A stretch of DNA of 63,968 nucleotides, the filler included, from Choristocarpus tenellus KU-1152 (lineage: Eukaryota > Protista > Phaeophyceae), in NCBI GenBank assembly GCA_964200185.2. It is 13 parts of 13 records of this genome, joined end to end, with 100 filler letters (N's around TTAATTAATTAA, not from the genome) between each part and the next. Parts side by side here need not be neighbours in the genome. Positions count along the whole stretch, not along the records: positions 11,987 to 18,247 come from CAXNAD020008542.1; positions 18,348 to 21,116 come from CAXNAD020024905.1; positions 21,217 to 25,651 come from CAXNAD020014568.1; 10 more parts are not named here. One strand, given 5' to 3'. The notes below the pieces were generated by a model. That model did no database searches, was not told the DNA's origin, and was given only the letters and a program-made list of their open reading frames with translations. Below are positions 12,088 to 23,678 of this stretch, piece by piece (position 1 is the stretch's first letter; each line of letters opens with the position of its first letter). The position numbers and the translations under genes were made by a program.

Positions 12088-12549
12088 GACCCAAAGCATT
12101 TAAGGGGGCAGGAGTTTGCCCTGTTTATCTGTTCGGGGATTGGCTTCCCATGGGTTTCTTGGGCCCTTTTTCGGTTTTCTGTGTGAACACAGGCTCAAAG
12201 TATCTGGGGGGATGGTGGGAGCTGTCCATTTGGGGTCAATTTCTTCATGTCGCGATTTTTGGGTGATTTGGTTGCATAGTTCGGATGGATAATGTAAATG
12301 CACTTTTCCTGATTTTGCCCCAACTGGACACCCTGGTGTAGACCACCCCCCCCCCCCCCCTCCCCCAAGATACTCTGGGTCACAGTTTGCCTCATAGTCA
12401 CCTAAAATGTATACGAATATGAAAGGTGTGTCCGGAGCAAGGATATGGACACTTGGTAACAAAGACGATCGCCAAAATTCACCAAAATCGCAACATTGGA
12501 CTTATGATCCCAAATGGATGCAGGCCTGCCCTCTTAAAATCTTTGACTT
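12088..12549. mobile_element. Diverged MITE family A copy containing a nested family B copy
   Basis: Family A left part 12088-12191 and right part 12382-12549 are collinear with the copy at 50730-51011. Confidence 0.8.
12192..12381. mobile_element. MITE family B, full copy (~190 bp; TIR G(G/A)C(T/C)CAAAGTATCTGGGGGG), ACA target-site duplication
   Basis: Both TIRs present; ACA at 12189-12191 and 12382-12384. Confidence 0.85.
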
Positions 12550-13816
12550 GTGCTATTTGTATGGTAAGAGTAGAGTGATTATACAACCCTCCTGTAGGGA
12601 CCTATGTATAGCTTAACATGAGAGAATAAAGAATGTAGAACCCTGCAATGACACTTCACTCTTTGTATATTGCATATATGTCGTCTGACTGTGAAGCACG
12701 CATAAAGAGACATACATTTCCCGCTCGTTGGCAATGAATTCATGTTTTATCTTTTGCACCCTTCATACCGAGGACGACTATTTCACCTTGATTAGCTTTG
12801 TTGTGGTTTAATATATTAGTGGTTTTTGCTTGGTGTCATCCTTGAGAACATGGAGATAGCTTGACTCCATCATGCCCCACTAAGAACATAGTGGTCTACC
12901 ACCTCTGGAGGGAATTTCTACTGATTGTGCGAAGGACTTTGGTCGCTCAAGTACTGGTCCTTCAGATTTGTTGATGGCGTTTTGAATTGGGGATTGTACA
13001 AGTTGAGTTTGTGGTGATGTGTCGAGGCATGTCGAATGTGTTAAGTGATAATATACTCTTTTGTTGTACCTTTTTTTGGAGTTGCTGGGGGGTAGGTGGG
13101 AGGGGAATAGAGAAACATCTCGACAGGTGAGCAAGGGCTGGTGGGGATGTGTGCATCTACTCCAACCAATGGTTGCAGTATATTGTTTTTTATTCCCTCC
13201 TGAGGGTTTTGCTACATTTGTTGTGCTTCTCATAACGTGAAGCTCAACTTTTAAGTAGTGTTCCGTAAGGAGCATGGTCTAATTTTCTAGTTTTGAATTC
13301 GTCTGTTGTCCACAATAAGCTCGTAGACAAATTACTCTAATTAGAGACTTGTATATGGTTCACGGTGATGTTATGAGACCGTTTCCTCTGTAGCACACGT
13401 CGTTCAGGATTACACACTTGAAGTCCACTTTCTCCGCTGGAGCACTCACCAATCATTTCCTGTAGAATAAATGCTGTCCAGGATATGGCTTGAGCCCGTT
13501 TCCTCTCTCTAGAATTGCACCATTATCTCATCTTGTGCAACATGTACAACATATTTGGGACATTATAGTTAAGTCACTTCATACGTACATACTACATGCA
13601 AAATGCAGCATAGTGCACCAACGTTTCTGTTGGGCAAAAATCGTACAAGGCAGCACCCAACTGAACTTGTTTCACGGTAGTTGGGCATCACATACCGACA
13701 ACACAATTTCCTGATGGGAGGCGACGGCCATGTCCACCTCACAGAAGTACTTTACATACAGCATCTCGAAAATCTATTTTGAATCAATAGGTCAAAACAT
13801 TGAACCACTGGACTGA

Positions 13817-13992
13817 GACCCAAAGTATCTGGGGGGGGGGGGGATCTACACCAGGGTGACCATTTGGACCATAACCAGGAAAAGTGCACTTACATATCCA
13901 TCCGACATATGCAACCAAATCACAAAAAAATCGCGACATAAAAAAAATGAGCCCAAATGGACAACCGCTACTCCCCCCAGATACTTTGAGCC
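13817..13992. mobile_element. MITE family B, full copy
   Basis: GACCCAAAGTATCTGGGG…CCCCCCAGATACTTTGAGCC; reverse orientation relative to 12192-12381. Confidence 0.85.
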
Positions 13993-14420
13993 CCATGTTG
14001 GACATTCAATGCCAGCATCCGTCCATTTGATACAAGGCGATATAGGCAAAAACACGACTTGCTACAACGTATTGACATCTGTGCCTACAATAATACGACT
14101 TCTTCCCTCCATAACTACTTGGACAACCTTTTACGGAGTGTACGCATTGTCATGGTTAGTTATTCTAAGGGCATCCTTGTTGCTTGTCAAAATTTGTTAC
14201 AGAACATGACTACCACATCCCCAAAAGTGATACTTCGAAATATTACATGCTGTCCAGTAGTATTATTTTTGAGTACCTAAGTCGGATACTGTCTGAAACA
14301 GATTGTTACGCCATTTACTAAAAATGTATTCTGAATGGGTGTTAGTATTAGTGCTACCATACTAATCACTGCAACCGTATTTTACTACTATTACCATTGT
14401 CTGTTATGATATACAGTACT

Positions 14421-15070
14421 GGCGGATGCCGGAACAGCCCCCTACAGGGACGAAGGTCTTCTGCTAGATGTCACATTCGCAGAGGTATAGGCAGTCTCCC
14501 ACCTCCCTCACTCACCCACCAGCAATGGTGTAGCTGCTGCTGCAACCGAGGCACGAAAGTGCACCCACTATGAGGACTATTTTCATCCTCGTAGTTATAA
14601 CCTCGACACCTTTGCGGTGGGAAGTATTGGACGCCTCGGCAAGCAAGCGGAATACTTCCTTGATGAGCTGGCTACTCACATGGTAGGGGGGAGAGGAGCG
14701 GGAGGATATAGCAGGAAAGGAGTAGTTAAATCCTGGCTACGCCAAATTGTCTCGGTAACTACGCAAGTAGCGCTGTCTAGACGTGTCATGTGTTTTAAGC
14801 TGGAATCACCAGTAAGATGGGCACGGAGGGGTTTATTGGATTCCTGGGATGCCTCTCTACCTCCTCCCCCTGGGGTATAGGTATAGGTAGATTGGAGACA
14901 CACGAAGGCAGTAGTACAGCTTAGATAGTGGTGAAGTAAAAATGGATTAGTATCTTTCACATTTATGACTTTTATTTGTTTAGGGCTTTTACTGACATGT
15001 TGTGTATAGTTTTCATTGGTTTCCCCCCTGACACACCTGGAAAATGTCAGAGGGCATAATAATATAAATA
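14421..15070 (+). mobile_element. 5'-truncated CRE-like non-LTR retrotransposon: restriction-like endonuclease C-terminus plus 3' UTR
   Basis: LLDVTF…AAAATEARKCTHY…F.P….FAVGSIGRLGKQAEYFLDELA is typical of RLE non-LTR elements; ends GAGGGCATAATAATATAAA. Confidence 0.75.
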
Positions 15071-15214
15071 TACAGTACGAGTATCATTTATTCTTCTCAT
15101 CATGCCCACTGATATTTTCCAGATAGTCGTGTAGGGAATAAGAACAAACACAACGCAAGGAATACAACGCACACGAAAACCATGAGGTCTGCCCCATACA
15201 CCAAGAAGAAGGGG

Positions 15215-15340
15215 TGTAGTAGTAGTGGTGGTAGTAGCAGTTGTAGTGGTAGTACTAGTAGTAGTGGTAGCAGTAGTGGTAGTAGTAGTAGCAGTAGTAG
15301 AAGTCGTAGTAGTAGTAGCAGAAGTCGTAGTAGTAGTAGG
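15215..15340. repeat. Imperfect (AGT)n microsatellite
   Basis: Seen directly; the Ser/Val/Leu-rich ORFs here are artefacts of it. Confidence 0.9.
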
Positions 15341-18300
15341 AACAATACAAAATCATCTCTCAGTACTTGAGGCAACTTTTTTTAGCGAGTGTACCACACC
15401 ATTATTACCTTTCTTTGCTAATAAAAATGCTTAGGTCCTCTGAACCGCGAGCTTCTAATTTTTTTCTGCGAACGCCACTCTGTATCGCACACACGACGAT
15501 GATAGTATTTAGAGTACGTAGAAAATTAGAGTCCCCACATTGTTATGTCTACACACTAATTTCGTATTCTGAATGGTATTATTTAACACTCACTATTAAT
15601 TTTCTAGATAGCCTAGACACTATCGTTTTTGCGAGTGTGAAAGAGTGTAACGCACGCAAAAACTTTTTTTGGAGACGTTGAGACAAACCAACTGGGAGGT
15701 AGAGAGGGTTTATTTTATGGACCCCGAGAAGGGCAAAAAGATGAAAGACACCATTTTGTACAATTATTCCAGAAAGAGCCTTTGCTGAGTTGCGGTGTCG
15801 CTTCGTGGAAAGGGCTAAAATATTTTGTGCGTGCACCATTGTGTGCATAAGGCAATGGAATAGGGCGGGGGAAAGATGACTTGGAATACACTAGGTTCCA
15901 AACCTACCCATCAATCCATTGGTTTGTCTCATTATGAGCAACGGTGATGGTGCGGTACACTCATTTAAAAAATTACCCAAATTACAGAGGGATGCGAATC
16001 GCGACATACGCGCCATTACGTGGTAGGTAGGTGGTCGTGTTCGCCTATCACATTGTATTAACTACCTTGGAAGGTTTCTCTGTTTTCGCCCATCCATGCT
16101 GGTAGTAGGAGGGATGTGCTTGACTCATTGCTAGCATTGGCATGTCCAACAGCGACTACTCTTCACAATGAAACTCAGTGTTGATCACTCCCAAATCTCT
16201 TTCGTTTTGTGAAAAGATGTCTTAGGTTTTCTATATAGCGTCACAGTTGGTGTATTTTTTATTGGAATTTACATATATATGGACTATTAAACATAATATT
16301 TGAACGATTGTTTTTTCTTTTTTTCTGGAAACCTCAGAGTTAACTTCTCGGCAATGAAATGGTCAAAATGGTTGAGTGCAAGATGCGGGAAAGCAAAAGG
16401 TGCGCTGCAACAGAGAGAGAGACGACATATCTACTGTCTAATAGAGGAGGGATGGAGGTCAATCCGATTTGAATTGAGTAAGCACTTGGCCTCGACGATA
16501 GACCTTCTCTAGCTCACTAGACGTAGTGGTCTCTGACCCCGCTCGGGGGAAGAGGGGGTGACCCAATAGCAGGAAAAGCCTAACCGAGGCACAAAATTTT
16601 GGTATGGGGGGTCGTGGAGTTGCGAATATCCTGCTAACTGCAGTTGGTCTCATTTCGTGGGATGTAGGTGAGCCGTAGTTTATTGCAATATTCGGATGAG
16701 GTGGAGAGGCTGTGGTGTATCGTGTCTCTTTTCCAGCAGGCGAATTTCGACTTTTTTGCGAGGACACATGATGTTACAGAGGTCGCAGACTGGTCACTCG
16801 CTCACCTTGCACATTGGTTATTTGCTATGATATCGCACGCAAACATTTGCTAAAGGTTGATCTACCACCCTGCTTACATTGCGTCGCTGTTCAGACGGCT
16901 TCTGCCCCCCCCCGACCCAGTTCAAGGGTCGTTTTGCAAAACCTTGCGTTGGCAACACGGAGGTTCTTGACAATGGCAGCAGGTCTAGACGGTTTATGGT
17001 GAGTCTGTTTTGGAAGGGATATTTAAGAATGCCTGTGATGAATTGAGCTATATTTCTGTAGTACCTACTCACCTTCCCATAGTGTGTGTTGTTAGCCTCC
17101 TCCAACGACAATCAACCTGAACTCGGGGTCGGGAATACCCCCCCACCTCCGTTCCCCATGCCTCGCGTCTCGCATTTCTATCTCTGCAAGGCCAAGGATG
17201 AAAAACTTCCAGATGTAATACCAGGTGAGATGGTCGTGATTTTTTGTGTAGTGACTTTCTTGCAATCGTGTCAACTAGCGCGTACTTCTAAATGGGAGGC
17301 TCTTCGTTATGAAGAACAGCCTTTGGTTGCTTGTTTGGAATGTGTGCTCAACAAACATACATCTGAATACCTTGACAACATGAACAGAACAAATACAGGG
17401 CAATAGAACTGAAACGAGGAACTGCGTAAACCTGTGTTATAACGGCAGAGGCTTTCCCCCCCCCCTCCTTGTACTCTTCCACCACACCACACACTGTGGC
17501 AGGCGGTACAGGCGATGAGAAATCCCTCAACCGTTTCATGCCTGCGAGCTTCAGTTGGGTGAGTTGAACCGTATGTGTAGCTCTTACCCCATGCTTGCTC
17601 CCGCCTCAGTGACCCTTGTAACTGTGGGATAGTGTAGTTTGATTTTTGAGATGATATACCTGGAAGGGAGTTTGTGAGCATAATGCGGTGTTTTGTGTTG
17701 ACGCATTTTCTAATGTGGACGAGTAGTGAACGAGATCGGACTGTTGGCTATGCTTTTACTATGAGGTTAGGTTAGTGGACAGAAGCACTTCTGGTTACTA
17801 TTTTTCCAGTCATGAACTCATGAACCCACCATTACACCGATCAACATGGTCTTTTGGAAAGCTCGATATCCTAATAATGTTTACGGAGTAGTGTCTTATT
17901 GAACACGTTTCTGAAGCACAAGATACTGCACCACCGTAATAACTCAACCTACACCAGAAGTCTTGGCGATTGCGTATGTCTGTCTCTGGGGTACCTGGTC
18001 AACTTCCAGCTTAGCACCTCTTGGACCATTTCTTGATGATTTCGATATCTCATCATATGTTGGTCTTGGGTGTTGGTTTTTGGGATGTGCATCAGGGCTA
18101 TCATATTTGAAGCCACACATCTTGACTTGTGCACTGCTTGGTGAGTGAGAACCGTCTGGAGCATGTTGTGGATTTCTGATGGATCATACCTGTGTGGTCC
18201 AAGTTCTGTGTGTTGTCCCTCACCTAACATCAGATGAGCCCCCCCCCNNNNNNNNNNNNNNNNNNNNNNNNNNNNNNNNNNNNNNNNNNNNTTAATTAAT

Positions 18301-18347
18301 TAANNNNNNNNNNNNNNNNNNNNNNNNNNNNNNNNNNNNNNNNNNNN

Positions 18348-21050
18348 CTCGTGATGTATATTACAAGCAGGGGATTATCCTCCACAACCAAGCCCGCCTT
18401 CGACGCGAGAAGAGGTCCTGAATGAAGAGAAGGCGGGAGCGAGCGCGTGGGTCCAGCATGCGTCAAACTTGACAGTGTCATCACACAAGCAGTTATGGTA
18501 GAGGTTCATGAAATCTCATACCACTAACATTATAATAGTCCTATTTTTGTGGAATGCAAGGCAATTAACAAATGGAAAAAAAAGATGCAAACTATAGGAA
18601 ATTCTGTAATAGGAGGAAAGACGGCAAAAATCGTGTAGTGAACAATATACCTCGTATTTCAGCGCTGGCGAACTCCCGAACTCACTGTGTAGGCGGTGTA
18701 AGTACACGGCCCACGGCCGGGGCACAAATAGCGCAATGGTGCCCTGAGGATGTAGCTTCATCTGCAAGCACTTAACCACCTGGCGCAAGGGTTCATTGGT
18801 CGCCTCTTCGTCGTTGAGGAGTATTGGCTCGGCGGCAATGGACACTATGGCGAGCTTTGGCACGTTACGGAACTCGAACTCTTTCAGACTGTCTAAGGGT
18901 ATTGTAGGGTCGAGAGGGCGAAGGTCATGTAGTGCAGTGTTCTCAGTCCTGGTTCGACATCATGACACACGACACCGTATACAGACAGCACAACAAGAAG
19001 GACAGCGTCGTAAGCAACAGTGCAGGCAATCATATCATTGAGTGAGGTCCTGACAATATTTCGACGGCATCCCCAAAAATTCAAGGCGCACCCTTCACAA
19101 CGCCAGACCTATGATATAATTCTCGTGCAAGGAGGGTAGACGTAAAAACACTAAGTTCCATGGTCCATGGAAACCTCCAAAAAAACGACACATCTAATGC
19201 ACAAAGGACAAGCAATCCACATGATGTACAAGCAGCCAAGACCCACGTGCAAAGCAATACGAAACCGAACACGCAGAGACGACTTGTATGTCCGTATAAT
19301 GTGCAACCACGCCGAGACCCACATGCACTTCTCCATGTCCGCCGTTTTGCTGGGTGAGGGGGGACGTAAAAGACTTTGTCTGGTGGGTGACCCACCCGCG
19401 CTCCTTGCCTTACGTTTATCCTGGGTGAAAGTATCTTAGAGGGTACGAGTTTTTACCTATTTGTCCGTTTGTCGCTTGGCTTCCCAAGGGTTTTTAATGA
19501 CATTTCACTTACTCCAAAATGTTTCTGAGTAGGCAAAATGTACTCGGAGTATATGTTATGAAAACTTATGTCCGGAACAAGGATATTGGCATTTGATAGC
19601 CAAAATCACATCAAATTGCAACATTGGAATTTGGGCCCCAAATGGACGGGGCTCTACTCTCTAAGATACTTTGACTCTCCTTACCCTTGCCCCTGCCCCG
19701 ACCCGCCGCTTCCTTCCCCACCGATCCAGACCCTTCGCTGCCCTCCTGTGCCATTAGACAACTGATACATAATCGATCCTTGTGCCTCTCGTCGCCTACG
19801 ATCTCCGCGTAGGCACATTCGCCCATATGCGTGATGGAGCACCTTGGGCATGAATACCTGTCGCGCGTATCCTCCCTGTCTAGCAGTCCGTCCCCTCCCT
19901 CGTCTTCGTCCCCTTGTTCGTGTTCGTCCCCTCCCTCGTTTCCATCTCCTCCTCTATGTTCGCACCCTCCCTCGTCTTCTTTCTCACAGCCATCCGATGC
20001 CGATCCGTTCTTGCTCTGGACGTCTGCGCCGCTGCCATGACCGGCCAGCCCGCTGTGAACCTGGTGGAGGTTGATCTGGTTGAGGACATCCTGGTATTTC
20101 CTATCCCAGGTGGTGAGGTATGCGCGTAGAGTTGAGTCCTTCTCGATAATCTAGTGTTGGGCACGGCGGAGGACGTTGTTGACGAGAGGAGGGGACGATG
20201 GTAACGTTAAAAATGGGAGAGTGTAATGGAGTTGCGATAGCATGTCAACCGAACAACGGAGCAAACCTATCGGTTTATGTGGTGAACGTGTTTGATGGAT
20301 GCGGCTTGCGGGGCGAAATAGTTTGAAAGAAGTCATGTCGAGGACGCCAGTCTGTCTGTTGGTTACGACAGTGACACGTGTTGGAGGCAGAAACGAGGTG
20401 GAGATTGACGAAGATCGTTGTCTAGAGTATAAGGAAACAATTGGTTATTCCCGCTATTAGCAACGAAAGACTAGAACTGACAAAATAGCATCGTTTGTTG
20501 TAGGGAAGGCAACTCTGTCGCTTATGATGATGATGAAGACCCGCTACCAATCCTACCAAGCGTCAACTAATTGTTTTGTACAAGCCATATTTCAGCTACA
20601 ATTATCAACACAGGAGGCACACTCACGGCTCTGGCCCGTTGCATGGGTTTCATTCCGACTACCGTCGCGATGTTTGCCCTCAGCTGCCGGACGGGCCCCA
20701 CTTGTTGGTCGCCAGATGAAACCTTCTCCAGAAGTTCCGCCACCTCCCTCTTCCTCTCCTCGTAGTGGGGCTTGACCCAGATGTCGTGCATATTGCCGTT
20801 CTCATATGCGAGCTTGTTCATTTCCCTGGCAGCCCGTGCATCATTCACGTAACGTCCAATAAAAAAGGTTTTGCAACAGCCAATAAGTGCGGTGCCGAAA
20901 ACTATGCTGACAGTATATTTTGCAATTGAGGGGCGCATGGCCACGTATGGGTGCACTGGAGACACCGATCAGGGTTAACGCTCGGGTGGAGGAGATAATC
21001 TCGTCAGTGGTGACAATGATCTCGGCGGGCTTGACGAAACAGACTCTTCC
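18348..21050 (-). pseudogene. Copy 2 of the multi-exon gene: AP2-like exon (~21050-20627), exon from 20150 with partial PHD, MTase-like exons 18948-18686 and 18417-edge
   Basis: 18348-20118 is collinear with 9618-11845. Same splice sites and the same 263-nt exon. MITE A inserted at 19423; ~495-bp deletion at ~19865. The AP2-like exon splices in phase 0 to the 20150 exon. Confidence 0.6.
19423..19677. mobile_element. MITE family A, full copy, TCCT target-site duplication
   Basis: TIRs present; TCCT on both sides; the empty site is visible in copy 1 near 10905. Confidence 0.9.
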
Positions 21051-22252
21051 TCATCGGACAGCAACAAGGAAGAAGCTGACTCCCGTCAATGGGGTTGGCC
21101 TCGTGCTACCTTGACANNNNNNNNNNNNNNNNNNNNNNNNNNNNNNNNNNNNNNNNNNNNTTAATTAATTAANNNNNNNNNNNNNNNNNNNNNNNNNNNN
21201 NNNNNNNNNNNNNNNNCCCCCCCTCCCAGATACTTTGGGTCAGGTGCCAGAGTTGCATTTAAGGATGCCAACAAAATGTCCAAAATTTGCCTTTTTTGGA
21301 AATGCATGTAGAATACTTCCTGAATTCTGTTGAAGAGTCTTGAACAATAGAGAAATCAATGTTCTCAAGTCAAACTTAGCACTTAATCCACAGATATATT
21401 TGGGTGAATTGCATAATATTGAAAAATTGGCCTTAAATGCGAACACGGGCAAAACCTGGGTACCTCTCGCTTATTTTGACTGGTACTCATCGAAACTCAG
21501 TAGTCTGTGCCCAACGTCTATCCTCTCAGTGTAAGGTTTGTGTTAACTGAACTTCGTGGTGTTCATAGTTCACACAGGGGTGAGGAGTGGTGATGATGAG
21601 TGGGGTGTGGATGTGAGACATTGGCACATCGACAACAAATTACAAATCACCTCAAGCACCCAAATATTGTATTTAAATTTGAAGTTTGAATAGTCTAGGT
21701 AGTATAAAAGATAATATAGTATATTGAAATATCACCATTGGGAAAAGCAGGGTTGTCTGTTATCATACCGTTAAGTTTTCGTATGCCATATACATACCAA
21801 TTGGAGTTATTTTTTGAGAGCTTAAGTTCCTCTGTGTGGAGGATCTTTGGCTTTGGAATGATAGCTTTCCGTGACTTCCCGTAAGGTCTCTTCATGAGGA
21901 TATTTTTCCGAAGCCATATCTCCCATCCAAACCATGATCCTCCCCACTTCCTCAGTTTCTGGAATTCTCTGCAAATCCCTGCAGTCTTTGCACTTTCCCA
22001 ACCTCAACCTTGTACTCTTGGTTACGGTTCGTCTAGATTCGTCTAGTCCTTCTCTTGCTGGGTATTTTTCTTCGGTATCCTTGCCTCAGTGAACCACGCC
22101 ACCACGAAATTACATGTTTCATGTCGGCGACACCAGTGATATTCGAACTGAGCACGCAAACTTAGTAACCTTGTACCTTCTACACTCAGTCACTGTGTAG
22201 ATTCATATCATGCATATATGTAGTTCTTACAGTAGTAGTATTCAAAATTGAA

Positions 22253-22450
22253 GGGAGATGGGTAAGGAGGCGCCTGTCAGATTCTTGGGATACTCCCCTA
22301 GGTCCTCGCCCTATGGTGTAGGGCTAAGCTAGGTTGGAGGAATAGGAGGGGAATGGTTTAGCATATTCGATAAGTCAAATAGTAAATAGATTATAGAAAG
22401 ACGTCTTTAACATTTACAACTGTTACTCTTAAGAAGGGGGTTCTTATGAA
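22253..22450 (+). mobile_element. CRE-like 3' UTR fragment
   Basis: AGGGAGATGGG…GATTCTTGGGATACTCCCCTAG matches 1-60. Confidence 0.55.
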
Positions 22451-23678
22451 ATTAGTAGTATAGGATAGAAGAATGAAGAAGAGTAGTTGGTAAATTGTAG
22501 GACATGGCCATGACGTGGCTGGCGAGAGTGTTAAAAAAATATCACCTGACTGGCGATAGGTAAAATGGTCTATCATAGCGGAGTTCATGTCATCTCTTAC
22601 TCAACATGATGACAGGGGTCACTGGGTAGCCATTTTCACCTAGTTCTACCATGTCTGAGTACATTACCATCCCTTCGTCGACATAACGGGGTCCCTGGGG
22701 CCAAGTACAACCAACTTCGAACATGACCGAGTCCATGGCTATCGATCGTTTCAACATTGCTGGGCCACGGACGAACTTCTCATTATGTATGGGATAGTGG
22801 ACATACTAACGTCTCGGGTGGATGAAAAGTCCTACAAAAAATGCACCGCATGATGATTGAAATAAACCACCTCAATTATATATTAAGAAAAAAGCTAACT
22901 TTCCATAAAAAATCATTCTGACATGGACCTATTGTGCAAATAATTGCACCGAACACTTACATCCATTACATTATTGTAGGAGACAACATGCAACTCTAAT
23001 GTATAACAACCAAGAATATATAATGGAAACATATAGGATTGATACTAAGACAATAACTAAAGTTCAATATAAGACAGTTCAATAAACTATTCACAATCAA
23101 TTAATCAATTCAACCAACCGAAGGTGAGTATCATAATGAAAGAAAGAGAAATGAGAGATGTAACTGATCTATTATCTCCAAATTTGAAATTTCGGATATT
23201 AAGACGTGACCCTTTATTGGGCTGGTTTTTTGTTGCGTTCTGTTTGGACGAAATGGTGTTAGGAATTGATAGGAAGTTGACAAATGAAGGCAAGAAAAAT
23301 GCAACCTACCGACAAATGATTTGATGAATGGGTTTCAGGTTCTCTTACCTTTGTCGTATTCTTGTGTAGAACAAACTCAGTCCAGCTCTAAATTTGGACA
23401 GGCCTAACCGAGGATGGAGAAACTGGGGGAGGGATCTTCACCGTCTATTCTATGCTCAGGTTTGGATGGGTATTGCAGAATCCTCTGAGCTCTAATTGGG
23501 AAGACAATAGAAAAGGCTCCCTGCTCTAAGCCAGAAACATGTACAATAGTTGGAGGGGCTGGAAGCAAGTCAAAATAGCAGAAACACAATTACATAGCAC
23601 AGCCCTGAGTGATTTGGTGCCCGCCACATGTCGATGGCATTGTGCTTTCAATAGTCTCATGTCTATGCATCTGTCCAC

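Noticed and set aside
15100-15434. Poly-Leu/Ser/Val ORFs
   Set aside because: Products of an (AGT)n microsatellite.
16300-17406. Broken plus-strand frames as a pseudogene
   Set aside because: No family could be assigned.
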